The position numbers were made by a program, and so were the translations under genes. A model generated the notes under the pieces. That model made no database searches and was not told the origin of the DNA. It was given only the letters and a program-made list of their open reading frames with translations. Source: an uncultured Eubacteriales bacterium (GTDB lineage: Bacteria; Bacillota; Clostridia; Christensenellales; CALVMC01). From it: a DNA stretch of 64,000 nucleotides. Where the stretch lies: contig CASFOZ010000005.1 of assembly GCA_949296455.1 (NCBI GenBank), positions 1 through 64,000 on the forward strand. The letters run 5' to 3'. Below are positions 1 through 9,100 of this stretch, one piece after another (position 1 is the stretch's first letter; every line of letters begins with the position of its first letter).

Positions 1-92
1 CCACCTGTTCTCATACCGAACACAGAAGTTAAGCCCTTCAGCGCCGATGGTACTTAGTTGGAGACGGCTCGGGAGAGTAGGTCGTTGCCGGA
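1..92 (+). rRNA. rrf: 5S ribosomal RNA, 3' portion (5' end lies upstream of the window)
   Basis: Sequence ccgaacacagaagttaagcccttcagcgccgatggtac...gggagagtaggtcg matches the conserved 3' half of bacterial 5S rRNA (compare B. subtilis ...CCGAACACGGAAGTTAAGCTCTTCAGCGCCGATGGTAGT...GAGAGTAGG...). The exact 3' end is approximate. Confidence 0.9.
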
Positions 93-100
93 TTTTATTA

Positions 101-130
101 GAGAGAACTGTTGTTCTCTCTTTTTTATTT
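101..130 (+). terminator. Rho-independent terminator of the rrn operon
   Basis: Perfect inverted repeat gagagaac-tgtt-gttctctc followed by ttttttatttt, directly downstream of the 5S rRNA. Confidence 0.8.
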
Positions 131-159
131 TGTTAAAATTTTCGGACTGATTTCGGGAT

Positions 160-505
160 ATTTGGAGTTTACGGTTTTAAAGCAATTCAAACAAGCGAAG
201 AGTTTACAAAACTCAAATAAAAATGATTTACGGTAATTCAAAAAAGTTTTTAAAAAACAAGCGGACAGGTAACAGAAATTCAGAAAGCGAACGGCTTTCA
301 AAATTCAAATAACCGAAGGGATTGCAAAAAATTAAAAAAGCAAAAGGTTTAAGAAACGCAAACAAGTGTTTTATAGAAAATAAAGGAACGGCTTATAAAA
401 AACAGATAAGTATTTTCAAAAAAAGGCTAAAAACTCACGGAAATTCAAATACGGAAATTCAAATATCGGATGATTACAAAAAAATCAAACAGCGAACCGT
501 TTAAC
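160..505. repeat. Degenerate tandem array (~10-12 copies) of a ~26-29 nt A-rich unit, approx (A/G)GCGAA(C/G)GG-TTTaCAAAAtTCAAAtAA
   Basis: Successive units can be read by eye: ...gcgaagag tttacaaaactcaaataa..., ...agcgaacggc tttcaaaattcaaataa..., ...cggaaattcaaata cggaaattcaaata... (exact 14-nt tandem at ~436-464), ...cagcgaaccg tttaact. Units are not exact and no unique spacers are evident. Confidence 0.55.
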
Positions 506-753
506 TAATAAGTTATTTGATTTTTGATTTAAGCATAAAATAAAATCTTTTTTGTTCAGCGATTTAAAAAGGAAATATCGGCTAATTTTTCAAATTGATT
601 TTTTTAATTTTTATTAAAATCCATAAAAATAATATTTATTCTTTCGACTTAAACTTATACTTAAAAAAATAAAAAAATACCGAAAAAGACATATTAAAAC
701 ACAAAAATTCTGTCGTAAAAGGAATAATTTGGATAGAAAATAAATATCTGCTA

Positions 754-782
754 TTGACTTTAAATCTTTTTAAAGTTATAAT
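754..782 (+). promoter_or_regulatory. Sigma-A type promoter (TTGACT-17-TATAAT) for giant-protein pair 1
   Basis: ttgact at 754-759, a 17-nt spacer, tataat at 777-782. A nearly identical element (ctattgacttta...) lies upstream of the second pair. RBS aaggagag precedes the ATG at 851. Confidence 0.7.
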
Positions 783-850
783 AACCTTGTATTAAAATAT
801 TATATTTTTAGAAGTTAATGCTGCAAAGATAGTGATAAGGAGAGGTCTCT

Positions 851-3800
851 ATGAAAAAAAGCAAATTATTAACAGGCTCTGTACTTTTTGTAATAATTTC
901 TGCGATACTTGCGCTATTATTTACAAACAGTTACATTTCCGTTAAATCAACATCGAATTATATAAATTCAATCGGCGCAGAGGTTGCGGCAGGGGAAGTT
1001 TATATAAACAAAACAGGGGATACAGACAAAATATCCACAATACAAGGTAAGCAAAATTCTTATTCCTGGCTGGATATCTCTATTCCGGACGATGAGAGAC
1101 CGGAAGGAAGAGGAAACAACGACTCTCATTATATCATTGAAAATTCAGCGCAGCTCAGATGGCTTTCTCACAGGATAGGATTCGGGGGAAGCGGTTCGAA
1201 TAATAATATATATGTAGATTTAGCAGCGGATATCGATATGAGTACCGTTACAACGAAAGCAGTGGTCAATACGGCTGCTTTATCGCATAACGGTTATTAT
1301 AATACAAACGGCGTGCACAGTCCACTGAATGCCGACTATTTGGCTTGTACCGATTTTATAGATGTTGAAGTCGGCGAACAAATCGACGCTTCGGTTTATA
1401 GTTATTATCAAAAATCAAGCAGCGCTTATTTTTATACGATTTTAACTTTTGACGAACAAAAAAATTTATTACAGAATAAGATTAAAGCTTTCAACCTAAA
1501 ATATAACGGTAACGGGTCCACTCAGAGCACCTGGTTCACTGTACCCGAGGGAGTTGCCTATGTTAAATTACAAATAGGCAATACACAATCTATGCTTATC
1601 AATGAGACTGAGCTGACTTATACAATTTATAATCCCGACAGCACTCAAGAAAATACATACAACATGCATTCGTGGCTTCCGATAGGTAATGCTTCTAAGC
1701 CGTTTTCGGGATATTTCGACGGGAAAAATTATACAATTTCCAATTTAACAATCAGCACCGAAGTGCTTAATTCCGATATAAATAACTATGTAGGTTTCGG
1801 TTTATTCGGAACGGTTAAAGCCGGTGAGTTCAGAAATTTAAATATAATTAACAGCGCAATCGAAAGTTTAAATAAAACAACCGATGTTTATGTAGGCTTA
1901 TTTGCGGGACAAAGTACGGCAGGAAGCGGATTTTACGATATAACCGTAGGCTCTCAAGGTGCGGCCGGTGAAGAGTTTTCTTATGTAATAGGCGATTTTA
2001 CCTCTAATTCAAGGGTTGGCGGCGTTATAGGATACGGTAAGGGTTACTTTGCAGAAAGGCTTACAAATTATGCCCTTGTAAAGAGCGACTCTGTATTTAC
2101 GGGGGGAGTCTCGGGAGAGTTCGAAGGTCTTACGCAATATGAAACGAATGATATAAAAGTTTTAAAAAATTACGGATTGGTAACGAAAGACAGCGGCAAT
2201 CCGAACAATGGCGGCGTAATCGGTTATGCGTATCGTGTTAAAATATCTGACTGCATAAATTACGGTTCGGTAGTAGGATATACCTCGGGCGGAGTTATAG
2301 GAAGAATTTCAGACGGAACGGTATCGAGATGTGTTAACTACGGGGACTATGTCGAAGGAGCTATAGGAATAGGCGGCGTTTTAGGCAGAATACATACCGG
2401 TCAATCGGTAACGGTAAGCGAATGTTTGAATTACGGACTTATAAGGACTGCGTCTTCGGTCACCGAGCTTTCTTCAAGCACAACTTTAGGTATAGGCGGT
2501 ATAGTGGGAATAATAGACCAGGAAAGCAGTGCGACAAGGTATAAAACCGTATCCAATTGCAAGAACTACGGCGAAGTCAAAGACGAGTACAAGACAAATA
2601 CCATAAGAATGGGCGGCGTTGTAGGTCAGGCCTCTTCGGCTGATGTAAAAGAGTGTGAAAACAACGGATATATACATTCGTCAAACGCAGCCGAGGTCGG
2701 AGGAGTTTTAGGATATGCCGCAAGAACAGGAATAACAAGATGTTTTAATAACGGCGAAGTTTCCGGTGATACCTTTGTCGGCGGAATATTCGGAAATTTC
2801 GGCGGTTCGAGTTTCGACACAACCATAAGCGACTGTTATAACGAAGGAGATATAACGGCAACCGGGGCAAGCGGCAGCGGCGAAGGATACGCCAGCGCAG
2901 TAGCAGGCGGAATAGCCGGCAGGTACGATGCTTCGGGCAGGACAAACTCGACCTTTTTAAGATGCGTCAATATAGGTTCTGTCAGCGGTAACAATGCAGG
3001 CGGAATAGTAGGAAGTGCTTGGCAGTTAAATGCTAAAATGATAGATAATTATACATTAATGCAAGACTGTTACAACAAAGGCGCAGTAAACGGTGCTAAT
3101 TATGCAGGCGGTATATTCGGAACGATAATTTCGTCAAGTTATCATAAAGCGGGAACAATACTGATTAAAAATGTTTACAATTCCGGCACGGTTACATTGA
3201 ATTACGGGACGAATAAAGGAACGCTTGCAGGAAATGTATCTCTTCAAGCGGCTGACGAGCCCTTGCTCGAAGTCAGCAATTTTTATGCTTATTCAGAAGA
3301 TGGAACAACACAGAATAATGTAGGAGCGTCAAGCAGCGCAATTACCGTCACGAATTCCAATGTTAACATATCGGGTACGGTGGACGAGTCGGATTTTGCA
3401 GGTTTCGATTTCGGAGCGGACGAAACATGGGGATTGGTATCCACATATAATAACGGACTTCCTTATTTAAGAGCAATCGACGAAATTAATCTTACATTCA
3501 ACTACAACAGAAGCGGCATTGCAAGCGAGAGCATAGTAATACTGTATGGCGACGGCAATTACACGGTAAACAGCGAAGATTACAACGAAAAGGCAAATTA
3601 CAGATATCTTGTAGATTATTGGACTTTAAGCAGCGACGGTAGCGGTACGCAATACGGAGTGGAAAGCAAACTTCCGATAGAAAGGCTCAGGGATATAGAA
3701 ATATTTGCAAATTATGTTGCCGCACCTTACAGAATAAAGATAGAAGGAATAACTCAAACAATCAGCGGCGCTCTTAAAGAAACAAGCACCGATACCGAAG

Positions 3801-6157
3801 TTCCGACAAAAGAATCAAGCGAAACTTCAAAAACATATCAGGGAACATACACGATAGACAACGCTTCCTCTTACATTCTTGTGGCGTCAGGCGACAGTAC
3901 GGTAAGCGGCACTGATTACAACTTTGCAGGCTGGAATGTTTTAACTTCCGACGGAACATATTCGCCCGTCGCATACGGAAACGGAAATACGACAATATCG
4001 CTCAGCGAAGTTTTCAACAATATGATAGAAGGCTGGGATACCGACGGAGTTATAACTTTGGTTCCGAAAACCGGCAGCATTATCTACCTCGATTTTATGG
4101 TCGAAGGAGAAGAGCACGGTGCAATTCAAGTCAACGGAAGCACTATGGAGTTCGGAGGCAGAGAGTCGGCTTATGCAGGAATAAACTATATTATCAATTC
4201 TACCTTACAAAACTACTATGAAGTAGAAAAATATACTATAAGTTATCCTGAGGTTACAGGACAAGACGCAAAAGTCGAAGAGAAGACAACAAGGTCTTTC
4301 GAACTCAATTTAATTTCGGCTTACGAAGGTTCGGCAATTACAATTACGGTTAAATACAGACCTATGGATATAAGCTTTAACCTTTATGCGGTTGATTCCA
4401 ATTTGGCTTCCATAGGGAACGCAAGCGATTATGCAAGTTTGATTTCGGGAACCGTTGCAATAAACGGAATGTTTTCCGACGATATAAACATTTATGAATC
4501 GGAAAGATATAGATTTTCAGAAATGATAATAGTAAACAGAAGGACTTCCGAAAATCTCGTTTACAGCGCAGACGAACTTAATATGAGCACGGTTGAAGAT
4601 AATCCACAGTATGTGTTCGATAACGGTCTCATTACTTTCGACGAAACCAATCTTTATAATTACGCTTATAATAACGAAATCGTAATATATCTTGTCTACG
4701 AACAATACTATCTTATTAATTTTTCCGTTAATTCGGGCGGTTATGCTTTCTTATATGTAGATAACGGCTCAGGTTATACCGAAGTTTCGCTTATCGGTAT
4801 CAATATCGCAGAAGAAAATGAACCGGTAAATATTTTATACGAAGATTCCGTATATGTTAAAGGAAATTCGAGTATAAAAATCGAGGCATTTTCTTATGAC
4901 GCTTACGAGTTTTCAAACTACGATGTAATTCAGGGACCTTTGTATACAGTTATCGGTTCTCAGATGAATCTCGTAGCAAGTGAAGATGTCGAAATAGATG
5001 TTGTATTTGCCTTTGAAACTTATACTTTAAGGTATCTCGCAAAGACCGATACCGGTTCCAACATAAGTTCGATAGACGGCGGCTTCTATGTAAACGGCGA
5101 GCCCGGCAATGTGGTCAAACTCGGCGACATAGTTACTTTCGTGCTTCCCGAAGCTACAAAATATAAATTTACAGGTCTTAAAATAACTTTAAGAAACGGC
5201 GCCGAAACGGATATAGATTATAATACCTTAAAATCTTTCGAAGTGACCAACGAGTTTATCAATTCATACTTCGACAGCAAATCGGTTTCCACCGTAACCG
5301 CTACTTTTATAAGACAAAGACTTTTCAGTATCAGTACCGATTCAAAGGACGGCTCTTATGAAAGTATCAGCTGTTATGTCGTAAACGGCAGTGTGGAAAC
5401 GCCTTTCGAAGCGGTTTTAGGCGTTACTTATAATTTCGACGCAAATACCGTTATTAAAATTGTCGCAACGCCTGCAAAATATTACGAGTTTGTCGGATTC
5501 AAAGGTCAGATTGCTTCAAGCGAACTTACCGAAAACGACAATATCGTAAATATTAAATTAAATGCAGACCGTGTTATCCTTGCTTCTTTCAAAGCTACCG
5601 AATTCAATATCGAAGTTGTGGACGGTTCGGGCAAGGTTGACGGAGACTTTTCCGCAAATTCCAAAACTGCGGTAATAGGCGATAAAATCATTCTTACCTT
5701 CTCGCCTAAAACAGGCTACGCAATCGGAGATTGGACGGTTAACGGTATAGATGTAATGTCTTCCGATTTGCAGGAGAACATAGTATTTTCAGGAAATACC
5801 GTAACTATAACTCTCGATAAAAACTGGCTCGACACCTTTACCGACAATACAATAACGAGCGTCGTTAAAACTACGCTGTCGCCTCTTATCTTAGGTATCG
5901 TTATAGGAGGAAGTTTAGGAGTAGTTATCCTCGTTGCCGTTCTTATTGTGCTGATGATACTTTCTCAGAAACAGAATAAGAAAATTAAAGAAGAACTTCT
6001 CGAAGAAAACAAAGAAAAAATGAAGTTCGTCAGCGAAAGCAATATAGTAAGCAGATTAAGAGCGGGCGAAAATGTTACGCAAATCAGTGACGAAGATATA
6101 AAAGCTTTCAAAAAGGCTAAAAAGGCTGCAAAAAAAGCCGCTAAAAAAGATGAATAA
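851..6157 (+). CDS. Giant surface protein A1 (1768 aa). It has an N-terminal signal/anchor helix and a GLUG-like Cys-ladder beta-helix repeat region. Listeria-Bacteroides/InlB-B-repeat-like and Ig-like modules follow, then a C-terminal TM helix and a Lys-rich cytoplasmic tail.
   Basis: Uninterrupted 5.3-kb ORF with an RBS. The N-terminus MKKSKLLTGSVLFVIISAILALLF is hydrophobic. Motifs YIIENSAQL...DIDMS and PFSGYFDGKNYTISNLTI are present. About 10 rungs of C-x-N-Y-G-x-V-x-G...VGG(I/V)(I/L/V)G, plus FAGFDFGADETWG...NNGLPYL. The C-terminal half has repeated ~90-aa modules (V-DGSGKV...GD.I.LT.SP..GY.I..WTVNG). The C-terminus is LILGIVIGGSLGVVILVAVLIVLMIL followed by KQNKKIKEELLEENKEK...KKAKKAAKKAAKKDE. 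Confidence 0.9.
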   Translation: MKKSKLLTGSVLFVIISAILALLFTNSYISVKSTSNYINSIGAEVAAGEVYINKTGDTDKISTIQGKQNSYSWLDISIPDDERPEGRGNNDSHYIIENSAQLRWLSHRIGFGGSGSNNNIYVDLAADIDMSTVTTKAVVNTAALSHNGYYNTNGVHSPLNADYLACTDFIDVEVGEQIDASVYSYYQKSSSAYFYTILTFDEQKNLLQNKIKAFNLKYNGNGSTQSTWFTVPEGVAYVKLQIGNTQSMLINETELTYTIYNPDSTQENTYNMHSWLPIGNASKPFSGYFDGKNYTISNLTISTEVLNSDINNYVGFGLFGTVKAGEFRNLNIINSAIESLNKTTDVYVGLFAGQSTAGSGFYDITVGSQGAAGEEFSYVIGDFTSNSRVGGVIGYGKGYFAERLTNYALVKSDSVFTGGVSGEFEGLTQYETNDIKVLKNYGLVTKDSGNPNNGGVIGYAYRVKISDCINYGSVVGYTSGGVIGRISDGTVSRCVNYGDYVEGAIGIGGVLGRIHTGQSVTVSECLNYGLIRTASSVTELSSSTTLGIGGIVGIIDQESSATRYKTVSNCKNYGEVKDEYKTNTIRMGGVVGQASSADVKECENNGYIHSSNAAEVGGVLGYAARTGITRCFNNGEVSGDTFVGGIFGNFGGSSFDTTISDCYNEGDITATGASGSGEGYASAVAGGIAGRYDASGRTNSTFLRCVNIGSVSGNNAGGIVGSAWQLNAKMIDNYTLMQDCYNKGAVNGANYAGGIFGTIISSSYHKAGTILIKNVYNSGTVTLNYGTNKGTLAGNVSLQAADEPLLEVSNFYAYSEDGTTQNNVGASSSAITVTNSNVNISGTVDESDFAGFDFGADETWGLVSTYNNGLPYLRAIDEINLTFNYNRSGIASESIVILYGDGNYTVNSEDYNEKANYRYLVDYWTLSSDGSGTQYGVESKLPIERLRDIEIFANYVAAPYRIKIEGITQTISGALKETSTDTEVPTKESSETSKTYQGTYTIDNASSYILVASGDSTVSGTDYNFAGWNVLTSDGTYSPVAYGNGNTTISLSEVFNNMIEGWDTDGVITLVPKTGSIIYLDFMVEGEEHGAIQVNGSTMEFGGRESAYAGINYIINSTLQNYYEVEKYTISYPEVTGQDAKVEEKTTRSFELNLISAYEGSAITITVKYRPMDISFNLYAVDSNLASIGNASDYASLISGTVAINGMFSDDINIYESERYRFSEMIIVNRRTSENLVYSADELNMSTVEDNPQYVFDNGLITFDETNLYNYAYNNEIVIYLVYEQYYLINFSVNSGGYAFLYVDNGSGYTEVSLIGINIAEENEPVNILYEDSVYVKGNSSIKIEAFSYDAYEFSNYDVIQGPLYTVIGSQMNLVASEDVEIDVVFAFETYTLRYLAKTDTGSNISSIDGGFYVNGEPGNVVKLGDIVTFVLPEATKYKFTGLKITLRNGAETDIDYNTLKSFEVTNEFINSYFDSKSVSTVTATFIRQRLFSISTDSKDGSYESISCYVVNGSVETPFEAVLGVTYNFDANTVIKIVATPAKYYEFVGFKGQIASSELTENDNIVNIKLNADRVILASFKATEFNIEVVDGSGKVDGDFSANSKTAVIGDKIILTFSPKTGYAIGDWTVNGIDVMSSDLQENIVFSGNTVTITLDKNWLDTFTDNTITSVVKTTLSPLILGIVIGGSLGVVILVAVLIVLMILSQKQNKKIKEELLEENKEKMKFVSESNIVSRLRAGENVTQISDEDIKAFKKAKKAAKKAAKKDE

Positions 6158-6172
6158 TAAGGGGACGGTAAT

Positions 6173-9100
6173 ATGAATAAGAATTATAGTTTAAATAAGA
6201 GTTTAAGTAAAATATTATTTATTGCATTAGTTTTATTCCTTGCGGTTGCCCTTGCAGTTTGCACGGCTGTATCCGGCACGGGAAGTTTGATTGTTTCGGA
6301 AAATAAGGTAACTACAAATTCCGAAAATACTTCCACCATATACGGCGCAGATATAACGGAATACGACGGAACCGTCAGCGCAGCGGTGCAGGAAGATTTC
6401 GACGACGCTAATCTTGCAGGCCGTTGGCAGGGCACGATAGACACTGCCTACGACCCTTCTTCCGAGACGGTGAACGCAGGACAAGACGGCAGCTTTGCAA
6501 AACCGTACTATATCGAAACTGCCGAACAATTAATTAATGTTATAAACAACGCTTCTTCAAAAAGCGGCTCAGAATATACGGACGCTGCTTATAATAATGC
6601 GGACACCTACTTCATAATTAAAAATGATATCGATTTAGGCTCTAAAATGTATGCCGTTTCCGACCAGTCAAGAGCGCTATTCAATATCACCGGTTACGAT
6701 TACACGGCGCTTTCTGGCTATGAAGACTTTGCGACAAGCACAGGCTTTACCGACGGAGGAAACAATTATTCCGATACCGAAAATCCTTTTAAGGCAATTA
6801 AAAAATATCTTGACGACAAAAATATCGGAGAATCTGTTTCCGATATTCAGCAAACCGGCAACGATTTTGCAACGATATATAACTTATATATCGAACCGGA
6901 AAGCTCTTCAAACACAATAGAAGTCGGTCTCTTTAATTTATTCAACGCAAGTGCGTTAGGTATAAATATTTATAACGCTTATGCAAACAACAGTCTTGCT
7001 TTCGATAATTTCGGCTTTTTTGCAGGCGCAAGCACAACCGATGCGTATTTTGCCAAAATAAATATAAAAGGCGCTACCTTTGTTTATGGCGACTCTTATT
7101 CTTCAAGGTCAATAGGCGGTATTTTGGGAAGAGCGCAAGACGGTCATTCGGTAACTTTCGACTCGGTAGGGTTCGAAGGCGGAATAATTGCCGCAGGTAT
7201 AAGACATATCGGCGGTATGGTAGGTTATGTATATACAGGTACAAATCTCACTTTTACGGGAACCAATGAAACTTACGGTAAAATAAGCGCACAGCGGGAG
7301 AGCGGCGGTTTTGTAGGATATGTCGAGTCGAGCAATCTTGTTTTCGAATCGAATAACACCAACAATATCGATATCGACACAACCAACAATGCAGTCGGCG
7401 GCTTTGTCGGATTGCAATCTGAAGGTTCTTTGTCATTCACCGGCAGCAGTAAAAATCTCGGAACGGTAAGAGGGTATAGTTATGTAGGCGGCTTTGTAGG
7501 TTCTTTGGCTGCAAGAAATGTTACCATAACAGGCGGCGTTAACGGCTATAACGGCGGCGCTGCGGACGATACTCTTGTAGAAAAATATAACGATCCTAAT
7601 TCCGCAATAGAGGCAAGCAATATATATGTAGGCGGTTTTATCGGCCGTTTAAGAAGAGCGGAAGCGGTTTTAAGTATTACTAACTCTCATAACTATATGG
7701 TTTTAAAGAATGTTGCAGGAGTTGCGCCAAGTACGGCTTACGGCGGTATAGTCGGCGAGTTCGAGGGGGCTTCCGCAACAATTGAAAATTGCATAAACCA
7801 TGCAGATATCAATAATTTTTATAAGACAGCAGACGGGGCTCAAAGCAATGCCGTGGGCGGAATTGTCGGTAGTTTAAGAGCGGATTTTGTAATACAAAGC
7901 TGCAAAAACTACGGGGATATCAAATCTCATATGAGAGTGGGCGGTATTGCAGGTCTTGCAAACTATAACAATACTTCCGTGAAAATTTACGACAGTATAA
8001 ATTACGGAACTATTTACGCAACAGGATATGACGCAGCGGGAATATTTGCTTCGGCTTATGCAAATATTTATCCTATAAGAATAGAAAGATGCGAAAACTA
8101 CGCTTCAATTTATGTTTCGCCCACAATGAATTTGGCGGGAACCGCAAAACAGGACGGCAGTGTATACAGCGACGAAGAAGCTTTTGAGGTGACGACGGAC
8201 GACAAAAATACGAAATACAAAGATACTCCTACCGTTGCGGGCGGAATACTCGGCTACTATAAGCATTTGACAAACGAAGTAGACGGAGTTTATGTTATAG
8301 ACTGCGTCAACGGAACATCCGAAACACAAAACAAAATTAAAGTTTACGGAAGGAATGTAGGCGGTATTGTCGGAGGTAACGGAAGAAATGCCGCAAATAT
8401 AAACTTTACTATAAATCTCATAAATAATACTAACTATATGGATGTCCACTCAGGAGGCTTTGTCGGCGGTCTTTACGGATATATTACAGGCTATACAAAC
8501 CTTACTATCGGTAACCCGAGTTTCGATGAAGGGTATCAAAAAATATACGGAAACTTCGGCACGGTTTACTCTTATGTCGGCGGCGACGCAAATATAAGCG
8601 CAGATACGGGTAGTTTGATAGGTAAAATAGGCGGATACCTTAAACTTGTCGGTAAAAACGATTATATAAACGATACCGTTGTTAACAGCGAAAATGTCTG
8701 CGTAGGCGGAATTATAGGTTATATGACTTTAACATATTCCGAGTCGGTTGATTTATGCGCAAACTGGGGCAACGAAGAAACCATTAATGGTGGCAGAACC
8801 CATGTAGGTGGAATTTTAGGAGGGTACACAGGTGGCAGTGTAAAAATAACCGGTCAAATGTATAATACGGGCGAGGTTATCTGTCAATATGGAACCTCTT
8901 ATATAGGCGGACTTATTGGAAGAGCTTTAGGTGCATTAACTATAAGCGCCAAAGTTTATAATGAAGGGAATGTTTACAGTCAGCTTAAAACCACGGACGC
9001 ATCTTACGGTACAGTATCAGGCAGTATAGGCGGACTTATCGGCTCTATGGAAAACAATATTGAATTCACAGAAGGCGCCGCAGGCTCTTATAACAGCGGT

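Noticed and set aside
322-504. 60-aa Lys-rich ORF (+) inside the tandem repeat array
   Set aside because: The frame is created by the A-rich repeat units, there is no RBS, and the composition is purely repeat-driven.
160-505. Possible CRISPR array suggested by the short tandem repeats after the 5S rRNA
   Set aside because: The repeats are degenerate and A-rich, there are no distinct unique spacers of regular length, and no cas genes are nearby. It is better described as a decayed minisatellite.
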